Shown here: positions 26,085-34,447 of the stretch, piece after piece
Layout of the letters: each line of letters begins with the position of its first letter
How positions within the stretch are numbered: the stretch's first letter is position 1
NCBI GenBank assembly: GCA_964515325.1
Contig: CAZESO010000001.1
Coordinates: 1 to 35,482 of the forward strand
Source of the DNA: an uncultured Roseburia sp.
GTDB taxonomy: Bacteria; Bacillota; Clostridia; Lachnospirales; Lachnospiraceae
DNA length: 35,482 nucleotides
Direction of reading: 5' to 3'
Translations under genes and position numbers: made by a program
The notes under the pieces: generated by a model
Seen by the model: only the letters and a program-made list of their open reading frames with translations
Database searches by the model: none
Told to the model about the DNA's origin: nothing

Positions 26085-27596
26085 ATGGCTATTAAGATTA
26101 TTATGTTAGTCGTATTTTTTAGCGTTATGATTGGTGTTGGCTTATATTGTAGAAAGCACGCAACTGACGTTAATGGGTTTGTTTTGGGAGGTAGAAATGT
26201 AGGACCATGGCTTACAGCATTTGCGTATGGTACTTCATATTTTTCGGCGGTTATATTTGTAGGTTATGCAGGACAGTTTGGGTGGAAGTTCGGCGTAGCT
26301 TCAACTTGGGTTGGTATAGGTAATGCTATTATTGGTTCGTTACTTGCATGGTTAATTCTTGGTAAAAGAACAAGAACTATGACACAGCATTTACAGAGCA
26401 AGACAATGCCTGAGTTTTTTGGACAGAGATTTGATTCAAATATGCTTAAAGTAGTGGCATCAATTATTGTATTCATATTCTTGATTCCATACACAGCATC
26501 TTTATATAATGGTCTTTCAAGACTTTTTGAAATGGCGTTTAATATTGATTATTCAGTATTTATCGTAATTATGGCGGTACTTACGGGTGTGTATGTTATT
26601 GCAGGTGGTTATATGGCTACTGCCATTAATGACTTTATTCAGGGTATCATTATGATTGTTGGTATTGTGGCAGTTATTGTGGCAGTACTTAATTCACATG
26701 GTGGTTTAGGCGAAGCAATGGATAAGCTTGCATTGGTTGAGGATACAGCTGCAAATGCTCAAGCAGGAGATTTTGCATCGCTTTTTGGTCCCGACCCGCT
26801 TGGATTATTAGGTGTAGTTATTCTTACATCTCTTGGTACATGGGGATTGCCACAGATGGTTCAGAAATTCTATGCTATTAAGGATGAGAAATCTATTACA
26901 AAAGGAACGGTTATTTCTACAATATTTGCATTAATTGTTGCAGGTGGTTGTTATTTCCTTGGTGGTTTCGGCAGATTATATGATGTGGATGTGGCTAAGG
27001 TAGGATATGATGCAGTTGTTCCTACAATGCTTGAAAGCCTTCCGGAACTGCTTATTGCAATAGTTCTTGTACTTGTGCTTTCAGCTTCAATGTCAACATT
27101 ATCATCATTGGTACTTGCATCAAGCTCAACACTTACACTTGATCTTATTAAGGACAATATTGTTAAGAAGATGGATGAGAAGAAGCAGGTATTTATAATG
27201 AGAGTTTTCATTGTAATATTTATTGTAATATCAGCAGTTATTGCTGTATTCCAGTATAATACTAAGGTTGCATTTATTGCGCAGCTTATGGGTATTTCAT
27301 GGGGTGCTTTGGCAGGCGCATTCCTTGCACCATTTATCTACAGCTTATACTGGAAAGGTGTAACAAAATTGTCAGTAATAGTGAATTTTATTGTAGGATG
27401 TGTTATAATGGTCGTTAATATGATAGACACTTTGATGACAAATGTTAATATTTTCCCTACAATGTTACAGTCTCCAATTAACTGTGGTGCGTTTACAATG
27501 ATTTTGGGACTTGTACTTGTTCCTGTTATCAGCCTTGTAACACCAAAGCTTAGTAAGGAAAAGACGGACGAAGTATTTAAGTGTTACGAAAAATAA
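26085..27596 (+). CDS. sodium:solute symporter (SSS) family transporter
   Basis: 503 aa with about 13 hydrophobic segments. LGGRNVGPWLTAFAYGTSYFSAVIFVGYAG is an SSS-type N-terminus. AAGGAG RBS upstream. Confidence 0.85.
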   Translation: MAIKIIMLVVFFSVMIGVGLYCRKHATDVNGFVLGGRNVGPWLTAFAYGTSYFSAVIFVGYAGQFGWKFGVASTWVGIGNAIIGSLLAWLILGKRTRTMTQHLQSKTMPEFFGQRFDSNMLKVVASIIVFIFLIPYTASLYNGLSRLFEMAFNIDYSVFIVIMAVLTGVYVIAGGYMATAINDFIQGIIMIVGIVAVIVAVLNSHGGLGEAMDKLALVEDTAANAQAGDFASLFGPDPLGLLGVVILTSLGTWGLPQMVQKFYAIKDEKSITKGTVISTIFALIVAGGCYFLGGFGRLYDVDVAKVGYDAVVPTMLESLPELLIAIVLVLVLSASMSTLSSLVLASSSTLTLDLIKDNIVKKMDEKKQVFIMRVFIVIFIVISAVIAVFQYNTKVAFIAQLMGISWGALAGAFLAPFIYSLYWKGVTKLSVIVNFIVGCVIMVVNMIDTLMTNVNIFPTMLQSPINCGAFTMILGLVLVPVISLVTPKLSKEKTDEVFKCYEK

Positions 27597-27645
27597 TATA
27601 ATGGACGGTGGGTGATTTTGTTCGCTTATCGGAACGGAGGAAGAA

Positions 27646-29280
27646 ATGCCTATTACTGAGTTTTTAGAGCGTAATGCCAGAGAATACGGGGATGATGTAT
27701 GTCTCGTGGAAATCAATCCTGATATTCAGGAAAAGAGAAGAATAACATGGCGTGATTATGAACTTATCGAGTCTAATCCATACTGCGATTACCGTAGAGA
27801 GATAACATGGCATGTTTTTGATGAGAAGGCAAACAGATTTGCGAATTTACTTATTTCAAGAGGTATTAAGAAGGGTGATAAGGTTGGTATTCTTCTTATG
27901 AACTGTCTTGAATGGTTACCAATATATTTTGGTATTTTGAAGACTGGTGCTTTAGCAGTGCCACTTAATTTTAGATATGATTCAGAGGAAATCAGATATT
28001 GTCTTAATCTTGCTGATGTGGATGTTCTTGTATTTGGTCCTGAATTTATCGGAAGAATTGAAAAAATCGCAGATGACATTGAGAAGAACAGACTTGTGTT
28101 TTTTGTTGGTGGTAATTGTCCTTCATTTGCAGAGGACTATGACAGACTCACAGCAAATTGTTCGAGCAAGAAACCTGACATAACTATTGAAGATGAGGAT
28201 GATGCAGCTATTTATTTCTCGTCTGGTACAACAGGTTTCCCTAAAGCTATTTTACATAATCATGAATCATTGATGCATTCGGCAGCAGTTGAGCAGAAGC
28301 ATCATGGTCAGACAAAGGACGATGTATTTTTATGCATTCCTCCTTTATATCATACAGGTGCTAAGATGCACTGGTTTGGTAGTTTGATTTCAGGTGGTAA
28401 GGCAGTACTTTTAAAGGGTGTTACACCTAAGTCGGTATTTGATACAGTTTCTAATGAAAAATGTTCAATAGTATGGCTTTTAGTACCTTGGGCTCAGGAT
28501 ATTTTGCTTGCCATCGAAAAGGGCGATATAAATATCAATGATTATGAGACATCTCAATGGAGACTTATGCATATTGGTGCACAGCCTGTACCACAGAGTC
28601 TTATAAAGAAGTGGAAGGAAATTTTCCCTAACCATGAATATGATACAAACTATGGTCTTAGTGAGTCTATCGGACCAGGTTGTGTACATCTTGGTGTGGA
28701 AAATATACATAAAGTTGGCGCAATCGGTGTTCCGGGCTACGGCTGGGAGGTTAAGATTGTTGATGAAAATAACAACAAGGTAGCACAGGGCGATGTAGGT
28801 GAGCTTGCAGTTAAAGGCCCGGGTGTAATGACATGTTATTACAAGGACGAAAAAGCAACAAACGAAGTATTGAAAGATGGCTGGTTACATACAGGTGATA
28901 TGGCTATGCAGGATGAAGATGGATTTATCTTCCTTGTTGACAGAAAGAAGGATGTCATCATCAGTGGTGGTGAAAATCTCTACCCTGTACAGATTGAAAA
29001 TTACTTAAGCAAGTTTGAGAAGATTAAGGATGTTGCCGTAATCGGTATCAAGGATGTGCGACTTGGTGAAATAGCCACAGCCATCATCGAGCTTAAACCG
29101 GGTATGACATCTACAGAAGAAGAAATCAATGAATTCTGTAAGGAGCTTCCAAGATATAAGCGACCAAGAAAGATAATCTTCGCAGATATCCCACGAAATC
29201 CTACAGGAAAAATCGAGAAACCAAAGCTTCGTAAGATGTACAACAGCGAGAATCTCGTTGCAGAACAAAATAACGCGTAA
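27646..29280 (+). CDS. AMP-dependent acyl-CoA synthetase/ligase (ANL superfamily)
   Basis: IYFSSGTTGFPKA, NYGLSE, HTGDMA..DGFIFLVDRKKD, PRNPTGKI. GGAGG RBS upstream. Confidence 0.9.
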   Translation: MPITEFLERNAREYGDDVCLVEINPDIQEKRRITWRDYELIESNPYCDYRREITWHVFDEKANRFANLLISRGIKKGDKVGILLMNCLEWLPIYFGILKTGALAVPLNFRYDSEEIRYCLNLADVDVLVFGPEFIGRIEKIADDIEKNRLVFFVGGNCPSFAEDYDRLTANCSSKKPDITIEDEDDAAIYFSSGTTGFPKAILHNHESLMHSAAVEQKHHGQTKDDVFLCIPPLYHTGAKMHWFGSLISGGKAVLLKGVTPKSVFDTVSNEKCSIVWLLVPWAQDILLAIEKGDININDYETSQWRLMHIGAQPVPQSLIKKWKEIFPNHEYDTNYGLSESIGPGCVHLGVENIHKVGAIGVPGYGWEVKIVDENNNKVAQGDVGELAVKGPGVMTCYYKDEKATNEVLKDGWLHTGDMAMQDEDGFIFLVDRKKDVIISGGENLYPVQIENYLSKFEKIKDVAVIGIKDVRLGEIATAIIELKPGMTSTEEEINEFCKELPRYKRPRKIIFADIPRNPTGKIEKPKLRKMYNSENLVAEQNNA

Positions 29281-29294
29281 ATATTGAGTAGGGC

Positions 29295-29364
29295 AAAAAT
29301 GGACATGTTTCACTCACAAAAAATAAGTTTACTTATTTTTTGTGAGTGGAATATGTCCATTTTT
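29295..29364. terminator. very long (about 34 bp) hairpin flanked by A4/T4, probable bidirectional terminator
   Basis: aaaa + atggacatgtttcactcacaaaaaataagt (29299-29328), tt, acttattttttgtgagtggaatatgtccat (29331-29360) + tttt. Two mismatches in the 30-bp arms. Begins 15 nt after the ligase stop. Confidence 0.55.
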
Positions 29365-29761
29365 ATGCGACGAAAGTCGCGTAGCGAAAGGCTGTAAAGC
29401 CTTGAGCTAACGCCCTACGGAGTAGTGTTAAGTGAGAGTGCTTGCATATTTTCTCTATAGTAGAGATTTATGCGCTTTAGGGAAAATATAATGAAAAAAA
29501 ATAACAAAAAATAGGGTTATTTTCCCTAGTATCATTTAAAATTGCCCAAAGATACTCAAATTATGATTTTCTTGTATCTTTTTGGGTATTTAACTTAATG
29601 GAGGGAAAAAATAGGATGTTTTCAGCCAAAATCACAATGAAATTTTCTCTATAAGCCAATTGAATTCATATGGGGAAAATGGCATTAATGAAGCGAAGGG
29701 GTGTAGAAAATATTTTCAAGGAGACGCCCCAAAAATTTGTGCGTTGATAATTTAATAAGGC

Positions 29762-29790
29762 TTTACACCTGCATTAAAAAGCCCTATAAT
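29762..29790 (+). promoter_or_regulatory. near-consensus promoter of a small stand-alone transcription unit
   Basis: TTTACA (29762-29767), 17-nt spacer, TATAAT (29785-29790). Confidence 0.45.
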
Positions 29791-29824
29791 TAAAATATAT
29801 GTATATTGAAAGGGGCGAGGAAGG

Positions 29825-30003
29825 ATGAGCGACATCATGACAGATAAGGAACTTATTGCAGTAACAATTGACAGATATACAGATTTGCAAAGAATAAAAA
29901 AGCAAATGGAGATTGTATAAACACAGAACTTGAATATCAATTAAAAGTAACAATAGCAAAATTATCATCTTTGGGAGTGTCTGTTGAAGATATCACATTA
30001 TAA
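29825..30003 (+). pseudogene. small ORF split by a frameshift at an A6 run (31 codons, then 34 codons in the +2 frame)
   Basis: GAGGAAGG RBS, then ATG 29825: MSDIMTDKELIAVTIDRYTDLQRIKKQMEIV* (stop 29918-29920). One extra A in the run 29896-29901 would give a continuous 59-aa ORF ending ...NTELEYQLKVTIAKLSSLGVSVEDITL* (stop 30001-30003). Confidence 0.3.
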
Positions 30004-30028
30004 TATTTAAATTAAGTAACTGGTAAAC

Positions 30029-30072
30029 AAGGTGTAAGGTCTTATTAAATTATTAGACTTTACACCTTTTAT
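30029..30072 (+). terminator. rho-independent terminator
   Basis: aaggtgtaaggtct (30029-30042) / agactttacacctt (30055-30068), a 14-bp stem with one G-U pair, followed by a T run. Confidence 0.6.
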
Positions 30073-30129
30073 ATATAATTCCATTAATTATATCTTTGTG
30101 TTATAATACTTCTGTTGTGAGGTGAAGTT

Positions 30130-30717
30130 ATGAAAAAGAATTCATATTTATACAAAGTATTAAGACCAATATTTACATTTATATTTAAAATATATTATAA
30201 TCCGACAATTATAAACAGGGAGTATGTTCCAAAAGATGGGGCGGCAGTAATTGCCGGCAATCATAAGCATGCATTGGATCCGATTTTGGTGGATGTTTGC
30301 ACAAAAAGGGTTGTACATACATTAGCGAAAAAGGAATTGCATGATGGAGCTTTTGGTTGGTTTTTTAGAGCGATTGGGACTATACCTGTGGACTTGCATG
30401 CAAAACGTAATAAGGAAGCACTTGAATCGGCCATACAATGCTTAAATGATGGTGCATTGATAAATGTGTCACCGGAGGCGAAGAGAAATTACACAAACGA
30501 AATATTATTGCCTTTCAAGTTTGGAGCAGTTGTTATGGCTCAGAGAACTGATAGCAAAATTACTCCTTATTCAATAACAGGAGATTATAAGTTTAGAAGT
30601 AAGAATTTAAAGATTACATTTGGTGAGCCGTTGGATGTATCTAAGTTGACGGCAGAAGAAGCAAATGAACTGTTGTTTGAAAAGGTAAAGAAATTAATAC
30701 TGGAAGCTAAAAAATAG
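30130..30717 (+). CDS. PlsC/LPLAT-family (1-acyl-sn-glycerol-3-phosphate-type) acyltransferase
   Basis: NHKHALD (HX4D, 30259-30279), AKKEL, and a degenerate third motif SPEAKR. GAGGTG RBS. Extended -10 TGTTATAAT at 30099-30107. Confidence 0.82.
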   Translation: MKKNSYLYKVLRPIFTFIFKIYYNPTIINREYVPKDGAAVIAGNHKHALDPILVDVCTKRVVHTLAKKELHDGAFGWFFRAIGTIPVDLHAKRNKEALESAIQCLNDGALINVSPEAKRNYTNEILLPFKFGAVVMAQRTDSKITPYSITGDYKFRSKNLKITFGEPLDVSKLTAEEANELLFEKVKKLILEAKK

Positions 30718-30725
30718 GGGGTACC

Positions 30726-32393
30726 ATGGAAAAAGTACATTTGAATTATCCTGACATTTCTGTTTATGAAATGCTTAGGGAATCAATGAAAAAACATACA
30801 GATTATATTAGTTATAATTATTTTGGGACAAAAAGAACATATAAACAATTTGTTAGGGAAGTAGATGAATGTGCGAAGGCATTTTTGACATTAGGTGTAA
30901 AGCATAAGGACAGAGTCAGTATTTGCATGCCAAATACGCCTGAGGCAATAATCGCATTTTATGCTCTTAATAAAATTGGAGCAGTTGCTAATATGATACA
31001 TCCGCTATCGGCTGAGCAGGAGATAAAATATTATTTAAATGTTTCAAAAAGTCATTATGTTGTAGCTATTGACATTGCGTTCAACAAGATAAATCATATT
31101 GCTAAAGAAACTTCACTAAAGAAATGCATAATAGTTTCGGCAAAAAATTCAATGCCATTATATATGCAAATAGGTTATCAGCTGACAAAGGGAAGAAAAG
31201 TCAAATTAGAAGAAAGTGACCTTAAATTATATTGGAAGGACTTTATAAAATTAAGTAAGAATTACAATGAAAATGTAGAGAGTGGTTTTAAAGGAAATGA
31301 AGTTGCGGCGATTCTTTATAGTGGCGGAACAACAGGCTATCCAAAGGGAATAGAGTTGACAAACTTGAATTTTAATGCATTGGCAATGCAGAGCTTTGAG
31401 GCTTGTGGATGCTTGGAAGCAAAGGATAAAGTATTAGCGATAATGCCTGTATTTCATGGATTTGGTCTGGGAATTTGTATACATACGGTACAGTATTTTG
31501 GCGGAACAAGCGTGATGCTGCCACAGTTCAGTGCTAAGACTTTTGATAAATTGTTGAAGAAATACAAGCCTAATATTATTGCAGGGGTTCCGACCTTGTA
31601 TGAGGCATTACTGCGAAATAAGAATTTGGACGGATATGATTTATCATTTTTGAAATGTGTCATTTCCGGGGGCGATTCGCTTTCTGTCAGCTTGAAGAAG
31701 AAGGTGGATAGTTTCTTGAAGGAGCATGGAGCGAACATACAGATAAGAGAAGGCTATGGGCTTACAGAGTGTGTAACAGGAAGCTGCCTGACTCCAATGA
31801 ATTATTATAAGGAAGGCAGTATAGGAGTTCCTTATCCTGATACATATTATAAAATTGTAAAGCCTGATACCGAAGAAGAATTGCCATGTGGACAAGATGG
31901 TGAAATATTAATAAGTGGTCCGTCTGTTATGAAGGGATATTTAGAGGCAGAGGAGGAAACCAAAAAAACTCTTCGTAAGCACAAAGATGGACGAGTGTGG
32001 ATGTATACAGGTGATATGGGCTGTATGGATGAAGAAGGATTCATTTATTTTAAGCAGAGGATTAAAAGAATGATTATCAGTGCCGGTTATTGCCTTTATC
32101 CTCAGTATATTGAAAATATTATTGATTCTCATCCAAAGGTGTTGATGTCATGCGCCATAGGTATAGACCATCCGTACAAAATACAGGTTGTAAAGGCGTT
32201 TGTGGTATTAAGAGAAGGTATTCAACCAGATGATGAAATATTAAAGGAAATCAAGGAATATTGTGAGAAAAATCTGGCACAGTATTCTTGGCCTTATGAA
32301 TACGAATTTAGAAAAGAACTACCGAAAACTTTAGTAGGAAAAGTAGCATATTCGAAACTTGAGGAGGAAGAAAAAAGTAAAAATGAAAAGTGA
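30726..32393 (+). CDS. acyl-adenylating enzyme (ANL superfamily; fatty-acid--CoA/AMP ligase-like)
   Basis: ILYSGGTTGYPKG, GYGLTE, YTGDMG..EGFIYFKQRIKRMI, LPKTLVGKV. AGGGGG RBS. Starts 8 nt after the acyltransferase gene. Confidence 0.9.
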   Translation: MEKVHLNYPDISVYEMLRESMKKHTDYISYNYFGTKRTYKQFVREVDECAKAFLTLGVKHKDRVSICMPNTPEAIIAFYALNKIGAVANMIHPLSAEQEIKYYLNVSKSHYVVAIDIAFNKINHIAKETSLKKCIIVSAKNSMPLYMQIGYQLTKGRKVKLEESDLKLYWKDFIKLSKNYNENVESGFKGNEVAAILYSGGTTGYPKGIELTNLNFNALAMQSFEACGCLEAKDKVLAIMPVFHGFGLGICIHTVQYFGGTSVMLPQFSAKTFDKLLKKYKPNIIAGVPTLYEALLRNKNLDGYDLSFLKCVISGGDSLSVSLKKKVDSFLKEHGANIQIREGYGLTECVTGSCLTPMNYYKEGSIGVPYPDTYYKIVKPDTEEELPCGQDGEILISGPSVMKGYLEAEEETKKTLRKHKDGRVWMYTGDMGCMDEEGFIYFKQRIKRMIISAGYCLYPQYIENIIDSHPKVLMSCAIGIDHPYKIQVVKAFVVLREGIQPDDEILKEIKEYCEKNLAQYSWPYEYEFRKELPKTLVGKVAYSKLEEEEKSKNEK

Positions 32394-33762
32394 TAATTTA
32401 ACAGTTCTTCTCATTCATCCTGAAATATCCAGAACAAAGTATAACTTTGTGGGAGTAATTGAAAATGAATGTTTGGAGCTGGAGTATATATCAACTGTAT
32501 TAAAAGAAAAGGGACATACAGTATATTTATATGATGGACAGGTAGAAAAGGGAACAGTTTCCGGGTGTATTGTAAAGTATAAACCTGATATTGTATATGT
32601 GTGTGGAAGAACCAGACAGGAAAATTTTATGCTGGAATATTGCAGTGAAGCCAAAAAACAGAATAAGGATACTATAACAATAATAGGCGGATTGCATGCA
32701 CAACTGTGTTATGAAAGAATGTATAAGGCAGATGTGGATTATATTTTAACGACCTTTGATGTCTACAAATTATTAGATATTATTGAATATAATTTTGGAA
32801 ATCAAGATATTGATTTAAAGGAAGTTGAAGGCATTTGCTACAAGGAAAATAATCAATGGATTGCTAATAAAGCAATAGCATTTGACATAAACAGATTGCC
32901 TTTGCCGGACAGGTCGTACTTCTACGAGCATCCGAAGAATTATAGATATTTAGAGCTTGAACATTCAGCCTGGGTCAGAACAGCTTATTCATGTCCGTAT
33001 CGTTGTAGCTTTTGTCATAGGAATAGAATGAATCAGGGCGAATATGTATGCAGAGACATAAAAGATGTGGTTGAAGAAATAGAAAATATACAGTCTGAGA
33101 ATATTTATATAGTTGATGATGATTTTCTGTTTAACAATGACAGACTTAATGAGTTTATCAGATTGATAAGAGAAAAAAATATCAATAAAAAATACATTTG
33201 CTATGGCAGGTCTGATTTCATTGCAGCAAATGAAAAACTGATGAAAGAGTTGCAAAGCATTGGATTGTATTATGTATTAGTGGGATTGGAAGCCATAAAT
33301 GATAATCATTTAAAGGATTATAATAAAAAATCTAATATTGATAATAATATAAAAAGTATTGAAATATGTAACAAGCTGGGCATCAATATTATGGGAATGT
33401 TTATTATTGATTTGGATTATACATCTAAAGATTTTAAGGATTTGTATAAATGGATTAAGAATCATAAATTAAAGCATGTAGCAGTTTCTATATTTACACC
33501 TGAGATGGGAATGGAAACTTTTGATACATACAAAGACAGGCTTATTACGGATAATCCTTCACATTGGGATTATTTACATTTAGTGGCGAAGCCTGGTAAA
33601 ATGAGTGTAAAAAGATATTATTTCAATTACTATAAGCTGTTAATTAAATTGTTCTTGAAAGCTCAGAGGGAAGGCGTGTATGATTTCATTGATTATGGTT
33701 ATTACATTAAATCTTTCATAAGTAATATTTTTAAGGGCAAAAGGAGTAATGATGAACAATAA
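32383..33762 (+). CDS. B12-binding-domain (class B type) radical SAM enzyme
   Basis: CPYRCSFC = CX3CX2C (32992-33015), preceded by a ~200-aa Rossmann-like N-domain (VLLIHPE...DIVYVCGRT...IIGGLHA). I prefer ATG 32383 to the track's TTG 32359. Overlaps the upstream stop by 11 nt. Confidence 0.88.
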   Translation: MKSDNLTVLLIHPEISRTKYNFVGVIENECLELEYISTVLKEKGHTVYLYDGQVEKGTVSGCIVKYKPDIVYVCGRTRQENFMLEYCSEAKKQNKDTITIIGGLHAQLCYERMYKADVDYILTTFDVYKLLDIIEYNFGNQDIDLKEVEGICYKENNQWIANKAIAFDINRLPLPDRSYFYEHPKNYRYLELEHSAWVRTAYSCPYRCSFCHRNRMNQGEYVCRDIKDVVEEIENIQSENIYIVDDDFLFNNDRLNEFIRLIREKNINKKYICYGRSDFIAANEKLMKELQSIGLYYVLVGLEAINDNHLKDYNKKSNIDNNIKSIEICNKLGINIMGMFIIDLDYTSKDFKDLYKWIKNHKLKHVAVSIFTPEMGMETFDTYKDRLITDNPSHWDYLHLVAKPGKMSVKRYYFNYYKLLIKLFLKAQREGVYDFIDYGYYIKSFISNIFKGKRSNDEQ

Positions 33763-34447
33763 AAAAGAAGATACAAATGAAGTGAAAAAAATAATTCCAA
33801 GTAAATTAGAAACAGGCTTTCAACAATTATTGTACAAGACTATTGGAAAATATATACCTGAAAATATGACACCTAATCAGATAACATTAATAGGTGCCAT
33901 AGGTGGCTTCATTGGAATTATATGTGCATTTCTGTCAAAGATAAATTCATTATTTTTGCTCGGAACCATTCTTGGAATGTTGTGTCATTTAATATGTGAT
34001 GATTTGGATGGTTATGTTGCCAGAATCAGAAATATGACATCTAAGGCAGGTGGGTATTTTGATTTGCTGACAGACATATTGCATATCACATATTTGATAA
34101 TAGCTTTGGCATTTGCAGGCTATGTCAGCTTTGAAATTTCAATATTTTTAGTTCCGGTATATGCATTAATAATATTTACATCCATGAATTATATTTTATA
34201 TTTAAAAGAATTTCTATTTCCGAGATTGGGCCCCATTGAAACCCATTTGTTTTTTATGGTACTTTGTATAGGAAGTATGGTTTGCGGAAATTCAGCTCTG
34301 TGTGTGGTAGCAGGATTTGGATTGAAATTTGCGGATATAGTATTATTGGTTGGCGGAATACCAATGTATTATGAAATGATAAGATTGCAGATACAGTTGT
34401 TTAGAAGGTTAAAAGAGCAGGATAAAAAGGAAAAAGAAAATGAATAA
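33749..34447 (+). CDS. CDP-alcohol phosphatidyltransferase family membrane protein
   Basis: Complete signature DGYVAR-x8-G-x3-D-x3-D (34007-34075). About 6 hydrophobic helices. 14-nt overlap with the radical SAM gene. Confidence 0.9.
   Translation: MMNNKKEDTNEVKKIIPSKLETGFQQLLYKTIGKYIPENMTPNQITLIGAIGGFIGIICAFLSKINSLFLLGTILGMLCHLICDDLDGYVARIRNMTSKAGGYFDLLTDILHITYLIIALAFAGYVSFEISIFLVPVYALIIFTSMNYILYLKEFLFPRLGPIETHLFFMVLCIGSMVCGNSALCVVAGFGLKFADIVLLVGGIPMYYEMIRLQIQLFRRLKEQDKKEKENE

Noticed and set aside
29617-29655. 12-codon mini-ORF (MFSAKITMKFSL) after a GGAGGG motif; possible leader peptide
   Set aside because: The RBS spacing is about 10 nt. There is no downstream attenuator or terminator alternative and no regulatory codon run. 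It cannot be told apart from chance in AT-rich DNA.
29752-29968. Two overlapping minus-strand ORFs (62 and 64 aa) in the non-coding island
   Set aside because: They have no RBS and are hydrophobic or low-complexity translations of AT-rich sequence. They lie antisense to a unit that has a clear promoter, RBS and terminator on the plus strand.
29281-30129. Mobile element or prophage remnant
   Set aside because: No transposase, integrase or recombinase ORF is present in any frame. Only short inverted and direct repeats are seen. These are reported as structured or repeat elements, not as a mobile element.
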